Source: the human T2T-CHM13v2.0 reference genome, Homo sapiens. From it: 64,000 nucleotides of DNA. The stretch lies in the NCBI RefSeq assembly GCF_009914755.1, contig NC_060935.1. One strand, written 5' to 3'. The position numbers were made by a program, and so were the translations under genes. Positions 34,968-48,800 of this stretch are shown one piece after another. How positions within the stretch are numbered: the stretch's first letter is position 1; each line of letters opens with the position of its first letter. The notes beneath the pieces are model-generated. The model was not told the origin of the DNA and ran no database searches. It saw only the letters and a list, made by a program, of their open reading frames with translations.

Positions 34968-36486
34968 TCAGTGCATTTCCTTCTATCAGAGGACTCACTA
35001 GTGTGTACTGTAATAGTTTGCTCATCTGCCTTCCCCATTAGCTTGAGAATTCCTTGAGGACATTTACGCAAAAGAGATGTTTACTGAGTTTCTACTGTGC
35101 ACTGTTTTAGATGCTGGCATTGTAACAATGAATGAAGTCTCCATTCCGGAGACTCACCTCTTGTGGGGGTTGTTATATCCATATACTGGCTCTTCCAACT
35201 GGTGCTTGTACCTAATAAGGTTAGTAATGTTTATATATTGTTTTTGTATCCAGATATCAAATTTATACTTCTATGGATGAAGAAAAGAGTGCTAAAAAGC
35301 TTCCATGACTCACACAGCAGGTTAATGGAAAAGTCAGGATAAAACCTGACTTTTCCGACTTTCTGATAGGTAAAATTTACCCCATCCCTTAAGGGGTCCC
35401 ACAACAATAGCAGCAACACAAATCAGAGAATACACTTATGGAATGTTTACCACATGCGAGGCACTATTCTAAGTATTTTAACGTGTATTACTCATTTAAT
35501 CCTCCCAACAGTCCTCTGAGATATGTACTATGACTACTTTTGTTTTCCAGATAAAAAATTGAGGCAGAGAGTAGGTAACTTGACCAAGTTGTACACGCAA
35601 TACATCTATAACCAGATGATTCCACATCCTATGCTTTTAATTGCTATACTATCTATGACCCTACTTAGTTCTTAGGCTTCTTTTTAAAAGCTGAGTACTA
35701 GCTGGGCATGGCAGCATGTGCCCATGGTCCCAGCTACTTGGGAGGCTGAGGCAGGAGGACTGCTTAAGTCAAGAAGACTGCTTGAGTCTAGGAGTTTGAG
35801 GTGATAGTGTGCTATAACCACACTTATGAATAGTCACAGTGTTCCAGCCTGGGCAACATAGTGAGATTCTGTTTCTAAATAAAAACAAATAAAATAAAAA
35901 AGCTCAGGCCCAATAGTATTGTTCCAACAGATACAGGAGGTATTATTATTTTCTTGAGGTTCCACAGGTGCTTAGAAAGTGCCCAACTCCTAGTCTAATT
36001 TTATAATTTCTAAAAATAAAATATGATGGTTAGGCCAAGAAAAAAAACAAGTCAAATATATCCATAGTCTTACTCATTATTTACATATGTTTAGAGACAG
36101 AGTCTTGCTCTGTTGCCCTAGCTGGAATGCAGTGGTACAATCAAGTTCGCTACAGCCTCGAACTTCCAGGCTCAAGCAATCCTCCCATCTCAGTCTCCCA
36201 AGTAGCTAGACTATAGGTGCATACCACCATGCCTGGCTTATTTTTTATTTTTTTGTACAGATGGTATCTTGCTATGTTGCCCAGGCTGGTCTTGAACTAT
36301 TGGCCTCAAGCTATCTTCCTGCCCCGGCCTCCCAAAGTCCATAAACATCAAAACATCTAATATTTGTTACTATAAAGAGGTCAAAATATAGCTTAAAAAC
36401 TTAAAAAAAATCCAAAATCTTAAATATCATATGTTCAATGTGTGATGTGGCAATACAACTAAACTAAAAAATAAAGCTCACTCACT

Positions 36487-36960
36487 GTGATAGGCAGAAT
36501 TCTAAGATGGCTACCCCAAGATCCCCATTGCCTCATATACTCATACTTCGTCCTAGTGATTCAAACACTTGTCTAGGTATTACCATGAAAGGATTTTGCA
36601 GATGTAATTATTTAAAACTTTTTTTTTTTTTTTTGAGACAAGGTCTTACTCTGTTACCCAGGCTAGAGTGCACTGGCATGATCATGACTCACTGGAGCCT
36701 CGACCTCCCAGGGTCAAGTGATCCTCCCACCACAGCCTCCCAAAGTGCTGGGATTACAGGCATGAGCCAGCTTGCCCGGACTTGCAGATGTAATTAATGC
36801 TTACCTTAAGACAGGAAGATTATCTTGGTAGGCAGAATCTAATCATATTAACCTTTTAAAGCAAATTTTTCTCTGGCTGGTTAAAGGATATGATAGTCAG
36901 AGATGTGAAGTATGAGAAGAATCTAATGTATCATTGTTATTTTGAAAATGGGGAAGAACA
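36487..36960 (+). mobile_element. MLT1-type MaLR LTR interrupted by an Alu monomer
   Basis: tgtgataggcagaattctaagatggc...ggattttgcagatgtaatta. Confidence 0.65.
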
Positions 36961-37175
36961 GGATCCTGCTGTGTAGTTAGTGTTTCATAAATACTAGCTG
37001 GTTGACTGATACAGCTTTGTACCCTCTATTCTGGTATGTTATTAGTACATCAAAGACCAGAAAAATCATTAGGTTTATGTATTTGTTGTGTCCCTCACAT
37101 GACCTCAACTCTATGCTTACTAAAGTGGCCCACTTAATCTTGTGGTTGCAAGACACCTTTAAAGATCTTATCCAG

Positions 37176-37480
37176 TGCAACTGGAGGCCGTTATCCTAGG
37201 CGAACTAAGTCAGGAACAGAAAACTAAATACTGCATGTTTTCACTTATAAATGGGAGCTAAAAACTGGGTACTCAGGGATATAAAGATGGTAACAATAGA
37301 AACTGGGGACTACTAGAGGGGTAAGGAAGATGGGGGCAAGGGTTGAAAAACTATTGGGTGCTATGCTCAGTACCTGGGTGATAGGATCATTCATACCCCA
37401 ATTCTCAGCATCATGCAATATACCCAGGAAAGAAACCTGCATATATACCTCCTGAATCTAAAATAAAATTGAAAAAAAAA
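37176..37480 (+). mobile_element. L1PA 3' fragment with TSD aaagat(c/t)ttatccag
   Basis: TSD at ~37161 and ~37481; polyA tail. Confidence 0.85.
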
Positions 37481-38101
37481 AAAGATTTTATCCAGCTATG
37501 TACTTGATAATTTAACCCCATCTGTAAAAGTCACATCAGAAGGTTATCCAGCCCACACTTGACCATTTACAGTGATGTGGTCCCTCTCCCATTTGTGCAC
37601 AAGTCAGACTACTAACTCAGACCGAGTTGAAATCTACCTTGTTTTACCTTTAAATCCACAGATCCTAGTAACTCTTATTGAAGAGGTTGCACATTGACAG
37701 CCCATGGGTTGTGCATGGCATATTTTGTTTGGCTTGAATAGCTGGCCAGCAAGGTCTTGATTTAAAAAGCAAAAGCAAAACAAAACAGGCCTAGGTAAAC
37801 AATGAACCTAGAGTAAGATGAAGCATAGGACTTTACCTTAAAGTCTGAGACAGTAATAAATGAGAGCTGCCCCCTTTGATAGCACAGGAGCTGCCTAAGT
37901 CTGAGCTTGTGTTTTCATTTTAAAATGGGGATAATGCCTACCTCACGTGACTTTTGTAAGATTATGTATATAAAGCACTTGGCATAGTAGCTAGCACATA
38001 ATCAGTGCTCAATAAGTGGCAGCTGTTTTCTCCAGGCTATCTCTTGCTGCTCCTTTTACCAGTCTGGTTACTTTCCTTAGAAGGAACACATCTCCTCTCC
38101 A

Positions 38102-38323
38102 GAACACATGGACACAGGGAGGGGAACATCACAGACCGGGACCTGTCGGGGGTAGGGGGCTAGGGGAGAGATAGCATTAGGAGAAATACCTAATGTAGGT
38201 TACAGGTTGATGGGTGCAGCAAACATCATGGCACGTGTATACCTATGTAACAAAACTGCACATTCTGCACATGTGCCCCAGAACTTAAAAGTAAATAAAA
38301 AAAAATAAAAGTTAAAAAAAAAA
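38102..38323 (+). mobile_element. L1PA 3' fragment with TSD agaaggaacacatctcct
   Basis: TSD at 38079-38096 and 38324-38341. Confidence 0.88.
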
Positions 38324-38929
38324 AGAAGGAACACATCTCCTTTCCCTTAGATCTTTAATGTTACCTTCTTTCTCTTTGCTTTTTTTTTTTTTTAGAGATG
38401 AGATCTTGCTATGTTGTCCAGGCTGGACTCGAACTCCTAGGCTCAAGTGATCCTCTTACCTCAGCCTCCTGAGTAGCTTAATGTTATCTTCTTAATGAGG
38501 TCTTCCTTTGCCAACCTATGTAAAACTAACATCCCCTTCTCTCACCTTCCTGGCTTCATATATCACCATTGCCATGATCACCAAGTAACACACAGTTATT
38601 TATTTAGTCTATCATTTGTCTTCCAATCAATATAAAATCCATACAGCAGGAGTTTATATATATATATTTAACTACTGTAGCCCTGATACCTAGAAGAGCG
38701 CCAGACATTTGGTAGTGCTGAATAGATAACTGCTTATTGAGTCAACAAATATCTTTCCTAAAGTCTGGTGCTCAAGTCTACACAAGTGAGCTGACAAGTG
38801 CTGAGTACATTGGGTCAATTTTCCTTCTTGTTAATGTAGTCTTTGCATTAAAGACTGAAATTAATAGTTTATAATCTTGGAGTGTATATATATATATATA
38901 CTTTTTTTTGGAATTTTATATATATATAT

Positions 38930-39234
38930 ATTTTTTCTTTTTTTTCTTTTTGAGACAGAGTCTTGCTCCGTTGCCCAGGCTGGAGTGCAGTGGTACCATC
39001 TTGGATCACTGCAACCTCTGCCTCCTGAGTTCAAGCGATTCTCCTGCCTCAGCCTCCTGAGTAGTTGGGACTACAGGCACCTACCACAACACCCAGCTAA
39101 TTTTTTGTATTTTTAGTAGAGACAGGGTTTCACCATGTTGGCCAGGCTAGTTTCGAACTCCTGACCTCAAGTGATCTGCCCGCCTCAGCCTCCCAAAGTG
39201 TTGGGATTACAGGCGTGAGCCACCGTGCCCGGCC
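38930..39234 (-). mobile_element. AluS
   Basis: Full dimer. Confidence 0.93.
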
Positions 39235-40048
39235 CGTGTATTTTTTAAAGTAGGGAATCTAAGACAATTCAGTTGAAAAACTATAAACAAAATGTTTTTG
39301 TTCTTTTACAAAATGTCCTTAAGAATGTAAATTATGTACCCAAATAGTTATTTAAAAGACTTTTCTGATGCTACAGATATTTTAATTTTGGAAATTTTAC
39401 TTGTAGGGATGTAGACAAATTCCTGTTATGATCTTGAGGTCAAAGAGATACATGGTTGACCATTACAGTGTAATGTAAGTCAACTGCTTTTATTATACCA
39501 CTCCTTAACATGAGGTAATCTAATTCTGTTCCTGTTTGCTTTTTTATTTCTGTCTAAGCCCTTATAAGGGTAAACTGTCTCCTTTCTTCTTCTATTTGGC
39601 CACAGTCATTATTTAATTCCCAGGATTAAGATCAGCAGCTGTGTACTGAACGTTCTCACTAAGACTAAGAGTTTTCAGAATGTGAAATGGATTTTGTACT
39701 AGTCTCCATACAGTGGGATAAATAAATGCTGATCACGAGACAAAAACCTTACCTGCCTTGAATTATTTGGGACAAAGTAAGGACTAATCCTTTTCTATGA
39801 TAAAGGTTTTCCCCTCATATCCAATTCCTTTTAAACGATTCCTTCCCCAAACTTACAATTATAAGCACTGAGTAATTATTCAGAAATACCTTGGTGGTTT
39901 AATACGGCTGTCTTTAAATGGTGTGAGATGCTGGACTCTAGCAAGACTGCCTGTTTTTATTTGACTTAGTTCAAACAAGAGTCTTGGTTCTCTTTGTAGG
40001 CTGGCTAACAAGCAGAGCAATCCCATAAACGTAGTTTAGTCTGACTCA

Positions 40049-40324
<276 letters not shown>

Positions 40325-40952
40325 TTAAAAAGGGAGAACATCAGCAATATATAATCTATTATGGTAACATTCTATTTTGTCAGAGACAGAAAGTAGACCA
40401 GTGGTTTTGGCAAGGTAGTTTGGACCTCAAAAAGCGTGACTTATTTGCAATACAACTTTGTAAATCTCTTTTTCATCTCCCAAATTATAGAAATAATAGA
40501 TGCTTTACCTACAGTGAGGGAGTCATAGCTTAAATGAGACAATAAAACGAAGAGCTCAGCAGAGCCTGACACAAAGCAAATGCTTCATAAATAATTACTT
40601 AAAACAAAAACCTGATTCTTATTCCATTCTGTTTCACAGAATAGCTCCCTGTCCCTCTTTTCCCTCATGAACATCTGTCCTGCATCTGGATATCATTTAG
40701 TCATTTATCTGTATGTTGGCTTCTCCGCTAGATTGTGAGTAGTCCTGGAAAACAGAAATCATGTCTTACTTATTTCTAGGCCCAGCACCTAGTATCAAAC
40801 CAGGACCAGAGTGGGTGCTTCACAGTTATCTGCTAAATGAGGACTGTGCCTCTCTCTGCTGTTAATCTTTTACTCAACCATAAATGAAAGACAGAAATCA
40901 CAACTACAGTGCAGTTAACTGACAGATTGACTGGTATTAGGTATGGTAATTA

Positions 40953-41177
<225 letters not shown>

Positions 41178-41258
41178 CTAAGAGAGACAGGTAGTATATG
41201 AGAAATTTTCTTTAGCATTGATTAACTAATTTTAAGACTCCCCTGCTTAATATTAATT

Positions 41259-41545
41259 AATGTCCCCCATTCCCTACAGGATTGTAAGGAATGTCCCCCA
41301 TTCCCTAGAGGATTGTAAGGAATGTCCCCCATTCCCTACAGGATTGTAAGGAATGTCCCCCATTCCCTACAGGATTGTAAGGAATGTCCCCCATTCCCTA
41401 GAGGATTGTAAGGAATGTCCCCCATTCCCTACAGGATTGTAAGGAATGTCCCCCATTCCCTACAGGATTGTAAGGAATGTCCCCCATTCCCTACAGGATT
41501 GTAAGGAATGTCCCCCATTCCTTACAAGATTAATGTCCCCCATTA
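41259..41545. repeat. 31-bp minisatellite, 8 full units plus partial units (AATGTCCCCCATTCCCTACAGGATTGTAAGG)
   Basis: Units start at 41259, 41290, 41321, 41352, 41383, 41414, 41445, 41476 and 41507; units 2 and 5 carry TAG instead of TAC. Confidence 0.97.
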
Positions 41546-43443
41546 ATTGTCTAAATTCCTGCCTACCTTGGAAGCCTCATCTCTTACTAAGCTTCCTTCC
41601 TTCATCCCTCTGTTCCAATAGACCAATTACTTATGGTTCTCTAAATGTACCTTATATTTCATTGCTTTATGCCTTTGTATATACAATTTCCCCCAGTATT
41701 CCTTCTTTACGTCTAAGTAGAGATGCCATGTCCACTGCCTTCTTCATGTTTCTACTTAATCTGTATCTATCCATTAGCATAATCACCATTTACTGAACCT
41801 TTTACTACAGGCCAGTAACTGTGCTAAGTTCCTCATATAGAGAAGATAATGTGATTATACAAGGCCATCAGGAAAGTATATTACCCTAATTCGAAGATTC
41901 TTTTTTTTTAAAGCAAAGACTTGGAGAAGGTACTTGCGACCTTTCATTCATCATCCTGATTAGATTATGCATTCCTTGAAGCACGGGCTATCTTCTTCAT
42001 TTTTCTATCGACTACTTAGCATAGTGTGTGTATAAATAGTATGCAAGTCTAATATGCCTAATAATGCTAATGGTCTGATGAATAAAAGAAGGACATAACA
42101 TTTTCTGCATTCTTATTATTAGTTGCTTGGGAAAAATAAGGTCCTAGTTCTATGCTGGAGATGAAGAGGGGTGAGGAGGGAGGACAACTAAGATGAAAAG
42201 GTAATTACTTTAAGTTTCCTTATCATCTCCTTCCTGTGAGTTCAAGTTCTTTGTGAAAAGACTCTCTAGTCCTCTGAAAATCCCAATGGAGAAACGCCTA
42301 ATGGAGGAATGAAAAATAAAATGGAGTTTTGAAGCAAAACCTTAAGGAAGAAAGTGAAGGATATACTCCAAAGGAAAAGAATAGTAGCGCTGAAAGTTCA
42401 GTTTCAATGACAAAGAAAGCAGAAGGAATTGTTTAAGCACCCAAAGACCGTCAAATAATGAATGCCCTAACACAAAAATGAAAAACTGCAGTTAGATGTT
42501 TTACGATGTCTCTGGGAAGGTCAATGAAATATTTTATCCAGAAGAACTGCCAAGGCACAAACTCAATAAAACATGCCTGGGTCTTGATGAGAATTCTGTT
42601 CATGAACCATAATATAAAGTCCTTCAAATCTATTCATCATGAAGATCTTTGTACAAAGACAAATGACAGCAATGCGGTGGGATGAATACTATGTGCAGTG
42701 ATCACTGTTAACAGCATCACATAAAATCCTGGTTGCTCAAACATAAATGCCAGGAAGTGTTCCCTTACCATTCATCACTTGCCAAAGACTGCCTCTGCAT
42801 TCTAGAAACAAAGGAGACACTGAGGATAAAGGTAGTGTTCCTGGCCTTAACAATGAACTGCTGACTGGCCACAGAGTTTGCTTTAACTCATAGGCCTGTA
42901 CTGCCATTGGCCCTTGAATAAAGAGTCAGAGAAAGTCCAGACACTTGCCACGCCCATCTTACAATCAAAACACAGTGGCCTAACTCCTTTGTTTAGTTAA
43001 ACAAATACTTGTTGATACCAGCTCTGTGCCAGGCTCTGTGCTACCTCCCTGAGGAAAACAGAGGACTAAAACAGGGACTCACACTGTAATCCCAGCACTT
43101 TGGGAGGCAGGGGTAGGAGGATTGCTTGAGCCCAGGAATTTGAGACTGGCCTGGGCAACATAGTGAGAACCTGTCACTACAAAAAATTTAAAAAAAAAAA
43201 TTAGCTGGGCATGGTGGCATGTACCTTGAAGTCCTAGCTACTCGCTAGGCTGAGGCAGGAGGACTGCTTGAGCCCCGGATATTGAGGCTGCAGTGAGCTA
43301 TGATTGTGCCACTGTACTACAGCCTGGGCAACAGAGCAAGACTCTGTTTCAAAAAAAATAACCCCCTCCTCCCCCACAAAAACACCCTCTGCCTCAGAGG
43401 ATCATAGTATTTTGTAGAGGAAGTTAGAAAAAAAAGTAATTTT

Positions 43444-43839
43444 TCCATTTCTCTATCGGCCAGGAAGGGCAGTGGTGACATACCTATCAAGTACAATGAC
43501 TACGGCTTCTAGTGCTTTGGCAAAAACCTTAGATATGGTTGCAATTTCATATTGTTGGAACATTTGCTGTATCCCTGGGGGTTACAGATCTCTCTCTGTT
43601 TGCTGTGGCTAAACCAAGAAAGAAGGCACACACAGATTTCTTCAGAAATTATGATTCCATGAAAGATTGTGAGGAGATGAAGAAGGCTGATATCTTTCGG
43701 AATACAAAGTGATTTTGAAATACAAAGAATTTCTTTGGGCTAAATTACGTAGAAGTTTGTCACTGATTTGTGTTCCTGAACTATGAAACATGAATATGTG
43801 GGCTAAGAAATAGTTTCTACTGATAAATAAACAATTAAC
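43444..43839 (+). pseudogene. COX6C (cytochrome c oxidase subunit 6C) processed pseudogene, antisense to C2CD3
   Basis: Intronless; translates ASSALAK../[57 protein letters not shown] (stop 43710-43712); ATG lost, internal deletion and frameshift; 3'UTR with AATAAA; TSD aaaaaagtaatttt at 43430-43443 and 43840-43853. Confidence 0.93.
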
Positions 43840-44720
43840 AAAAAAGTAATTTTAATATAAAATAGTAAGTTTTAAGATAAGGATGTGTACTAGGTGGTAT
43901 GGGAATGCTAAGAAGGGGTCTGAGGCTGGGGAAAAGGTGAGGAAGGAGTGCCAGGGATGATTTCCAGGAGTGAAATACAAACATTTGAGCTTAGAATCTT
44001 AAATACGAATGAGGCAGAAAAAGCTGAGGGGGATGGAAGTAGAACATTAGAGGCAGAGGGAAAAGTATTGGTCAAACTTTGACGGTATAAAACAGAAGAA
44101 TGTTCTGTCAATTCCTAGCCGTCCAAGAGACCATCTACTTTAACCCTCCTGTTGCATTTAGCTCCCAGATCTTCATTCCTGTCCACCTCAATCATTTGCC
44201 TCCCCAATCATGATTCATCCTGGTGCTCACTCCTCTGCCAATCCCTTCACTGAGTCCTGTAGAATTTCTATTTTATACAAATTACTTTACCACTTTAATG
44301 AAACATTTTTTTCTTTAAATGTCCCCATTTCCTCAAAGTCTCTTCCAATAGAAACCACCTACACTTGCCAGGCTAAAGGGAGTTAACTTTTGCCTTTTTG
44401 GTGCTATCTCTAGACCATCATTCTATCACTTAAATATATCACCCCTCTTCCAAAGCCCACGCCATCCACATATACCAAGAATGTACCATATGCTTCTCAC
44501 ATCCGTAAGAGAACAACCTTAAGGACACTCATCAGTCTTCTAGCAACGACTCAAGGTTCGCTTTAACAATAAGTTGCCTACAATTATCTACTATATCTAC
44601 AACATGTATCAGTATCAGAGAGAGCAAATTAGTAAGTATAATTTTCACAATCATGTTGGTCAATGCAGCATTTTTTAAAAAGTCAACTATTTAACAATGC
44701 TTATTATTTTTTAAATTTAG

Positions 44721-44900
<180 letters not shown>

Positions 44901-45799
44901 TAATATATATTTTATATATTTTAGGGGTCTTGCTCTGTTTCCCAGGCTGGTCTCAAACTGCTGGCCTTAAGTGATTCTCCCACCTCAGCTTCCTGAGTAG
45001 CTGAAATTATGGGCACACGCCACCATGCCTGGCTCAATTTACTAAAATTGCGTTGAAAAATTTTAAGTCTAGGTTCATTAAGGATATTGTTCTATACTTT
45101 TCTTATATTGCCCTCTGGTTTTGGTATTAAGGTGATGCAGGCCTTAAAATAACTGTTTTCTCCTTTATGTTTGGAAGAATTTGCCAGTAAAGTGATCTGG
45201 GCCTGGAGATTTCTTTTTCAGAAGGTTTTAAGCTAAAAATTAAATTTAAAAATAATTATCATTTTATTCAGGTTATCTATTTGATCTTGAGTGAGTTTTG
45301 GTAGTTTACAGTTTTTAAAGAATTGGCTCATTTCATCTAAGTTGTCAAATTAATATGTGTAGAGTTGTTCACAGTATTTCCTTAATATCTATGGGTGCTA
45401 TAGGCTGCTGTCTTTCTTACAGTAGAATCAAAAGGAAAGTGAAATATTTGTGTTCATGAAAGAGAACAAGAGACATTAATTTCAAAACAAACAAAAGAAA
45501 AAAGCATATTTCTTTGTGGAAGAGAATGTGAAAGTTCATTATACAAATTGGGTCCTTCTTATCATATCCAACTAAATCAGTTGAGGGGCCAGGGGAAAAA
45601 AAGGGCTCAGGGTATATAGATTGCTCCAACAATGCAATTCTCTGCAAGCCTGGATGCAGAAATGGCCTGCTGTAACCCTCAGAGCAGTTTCACCTACCAA
45701 TGAGAGGGTCACTCATCAAAAAGAGCTTGCCAGCTCCCCAAAGCTTCTCTAGTGCCAATAAGCTTTTTTGGCACACAATATGTACAGTTTTTCTTTTTT

Positions 45800-47163
45800 A
45801 AAAAAATTTTAATTTTAGGTTCGGGGTACATGTGCAGATTTGTTATATAGGTAAACTCATGACGTGGGGGTCTGGTGTACAGATTATTTCATTACCCAGG
45901 TACTAAGCACAGTACCCGACAGGTTTTTTGTTCTGAACCTCTCCCTCTTCCCACTCTCCTCCTTCAAGTAGGTCCCAGTGTCTATTGTTCCTCTATTTCT
46001 GTTCTTCTGTTCTCATTATTTAGCTCCCACTTGTAAGTGAGAACGTGTGGTGCTTGGTTTTCTGTTCCTGCGTTAGTTTGCTAGGGATAATGGCCTCCAG
46101 TTCCATCCATGTCCTGCAAAGGACATGATCTCATTCTTTTTTATGGCTGCATAGTTTTCCATAGTGTATACGTACCACATTTTCTTAACGGTCTACCATT
46201 GATGGGCACTCAGCTTGATTCTATGTTTTTGCTATTGTGAATAGTGCTGCAATGAACATAACATGTGCATATGTCTTTGTGATAGAACAATTTATAGTCC
46301 TTTGGGTATGTACCCTAAAAGTATAATTATTTAAAGCTATAATTATTTTTTAAATTTAATTTTTAGGTAAAACCTTCTGAAAAAGAAATCTTCAGGTCCA
46401 GATCACTTTACTGGCAAATTCTTACAATACTCAGTAGTGGGACTGCTGGGTCAAATCGTAGTTCTGTTTTTAGATCTTTGACGAATCGCCACACTGCTTT
46501 CCAGAACGGTTGAACTGATTTATGCTCCCACCAGCAGTGTATAAGCATTCGCTTTTCTCTGCAATCTTGTCAGCATATGTTATTTTTTGACTTTTTAATA
46601 ATAGCCATTCTGACTGGTGTAAGCCATTCTCACTGTGGTTTTGATTTTTACTTCCCTAATGATTAGTGATATTGGGCATTTTTTCACGTTTGTTGGCGCA
46701 TGTATGTCTTCTTTTGAAAAGTGTCTGTTCATGTCCTTTGCCCACTTTTTAATGGGGTTATTTTTTGCTTGTACATTTCTTTAAGTTCCTTATAGATTCT
46801 GGATATTAGACCTTTGTCAGATGTATAGCTTGGAAATATTTTCTCTTATTCTGTAGGTTGCCTCTGTTGATAGTTTCTTTTGCTGTGCAAAAGCTCTTTA
46901 GATTAATTGTCCCAGTTGTCAATTTTTGCTTTTGTTGCAATTGCTTTTGTTGTTTTCATCATGAAATCTTGCCAGTTCTTATGTCGAAAATGGCATTTCC
47001 TAGGTTCCAGAGTCTTTACAGTTTTAGGTTTTACATTGAGGTCTTCAGTCCATCTTGAGTTGATTTTTGTATATGGTGTAAGTAAGGGGTCCAGTTTCAA
47101 TCTTCCGCATATAGCTAGCCAGTTATCCCAGTACCATTTATTGAATAGGAAGTCCTTTCCCCC
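45800..47163 (-). mobile_element. L1PA-type 3' fragment
   Basis: ORF2 C-terminal-like translation ([17 protein letters not shown]) and 3'UTR. Confidence 0.88.
46339..46423. repeat. Inverted copy of 45175-45259 inserted in an L1PA relic
   Basis: ~85 nt reverse-complement match with ~3 substitutions and 2 single-nt indels. Confidence 0.9.
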
Positions 47164-48058
47164 AAATTTTTCTTTCTAATAAAACTCCCAACCTTCTCTT
47201 TGTTCTTTGAACATACTGAAGACCACCACCTACCTATATGTCCTGAATTGCAATTCTTGCTTCCCAAATAAAATGCTTTAAATTTGGAGATTTGTCTTTA
47301 TATTTTATTTTGACTTCAACAAGAATATTTCTAATGGTAAAATATACAAACAAGATATGACTGTGTCAAAAGATAGCATCAGGAAACAAACTCTAGTAAG
47401 AATTATGATGGGCCTGTAGAACAGACAAATAATGAAAACTGAATAAACAGAAAGTACACATTTAAACTGTTATTTTTTTAAGTAAATAATGAGTGGTATA
47501 CCTGTGAAATGCAGTTACATATTAAGATTAAAAGCTTTAGGGTGTCAAAGTCTCTTATCAATGGTAAAATTTATAAAAGAATGTTTAGTGAATGCAGCAG
47601 AATTTGGGTGTAATAGCATGATTTGCATGTACACATCTAACCAAAATTAGTTATTCAGCATGTTAGTGGTATGGCTACAAACTTAAAAGGTGAATTGAGT
47701 GAAAATGTTAAATAATTTGTGGCATTCTTCTTTGTAGTTGATGAGAACACAGATTAAAAATAACTTTCCAAGAGTTGTATCCATTTAAAGTATCAATGAG
47801 AACTTTTATGTAAGGGAAAAATTTTTGGATGTGATGCTCATGACAAACATATCCAAGGAAATACAGCTCTCTGAACTGAAAAAAGTTTTGAAAACTTTAT
47901 TAAAGACTGATGACAAAGGATGATGATCCTGAAATGGTCTTTGTTGACAATAAACTTGTTTCAAGATCTAAATCCAAGGTGGCAACACTTTGCAAAGACA
48001 GATAACCATAAAGCTATTTACTGTCTTATTTACTTTGTCTACAAGGCTAAAAGTCAAA

Positions 48059-48097
<39 letters not shown>

Positions 48098-48118
48098 TAA
48101 CATATGAATTAAATTCCT

Positions 48119-48800
48119 GCCAGGCGCGGTGGCTCACGTCTGTAATCCCAGCACTTTGGGAGGCCGAGGTGGGCAGATCACTTGAGGTCAGGAGCTCGAG
48201 ACCAGCCTGGCCAACATGGTGAAACTCTGCCTCTGCTAAAAATACAAAAATTAGATGGGCGTGGTGACAGACGCCTGTAATCCCAGCTACTTGGGAGGCT
48301 GAGGCAGGAGAATTGCTTGAACCTGGGGCGGAGGTTGCAGTGAGCCGAGATCGTGCCACTGCGCTCCAGCCTGGATGACAGAGTAAGACTCTGTCTCAAA
48401 AAATAAAATAAAATAAAATAAAATAAAATGAAATAAAAAAAATTCCCTTGGTCAATATTTTGCTTGCTAACTGGAAAGCAGGCCAGGCACAGTGGTTCAC
48501 ACAAATAATTCCAGCATTTTGAGAGGCAGAGACAGGAGGATTGCTTAAGCCCAGAGTTCAAGACCAGCTTGGGCAACATCTCAAGGCCTTGTCTCTACAA
48601 AAAAATACAAAAATTAGCCAGGTGTCGTGGTGTGCACCTGTTAGTCCCAGCTACTAGGAAGGCTGTCGTGGGAGGATCACTTGAGCCCAGGAGGTCAAGG
48701 CTGCAGTGAGTCATGATCTAACCACTGCATTCCAGCTTGGGCAACAGAGCAAGACCCCGTCTTAAATAACAACAGCAACGACCACAACAACGACAACACC
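48119..48800 (+). mobile_element. Two tandem Alus (48119-48440, 48481-48800)
   Basis: Two dimers. Confidence 0.93.

Larger units (their letters stand above)
45560..47321 (+). mobile_element. Solo ERV LTR split by an L1 insertion (LTR parts ~45560-45795 and ~47165-47321)
   Basis: LTR-type 3' end ..cccaaataaaatg..tattttattttgacttcaaca; subfamily uncertain. Confidence 0.55.

Noticed and set aside
41259-41545. CRISPR-like array (palindromic ~31-bp repeats)
   Set aside because: The units are head-to-tail with no unique spacers, there are no cas genes, and the context is a human intron; it is a minisatellite
42300-42940. Possible further pseudogene or snoRNA in a non-repetitive-looking stretch
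   Set aside because: The + strand frames I translated contain stops, and I recognised no protein or box C/D or H/ACA family on either strand
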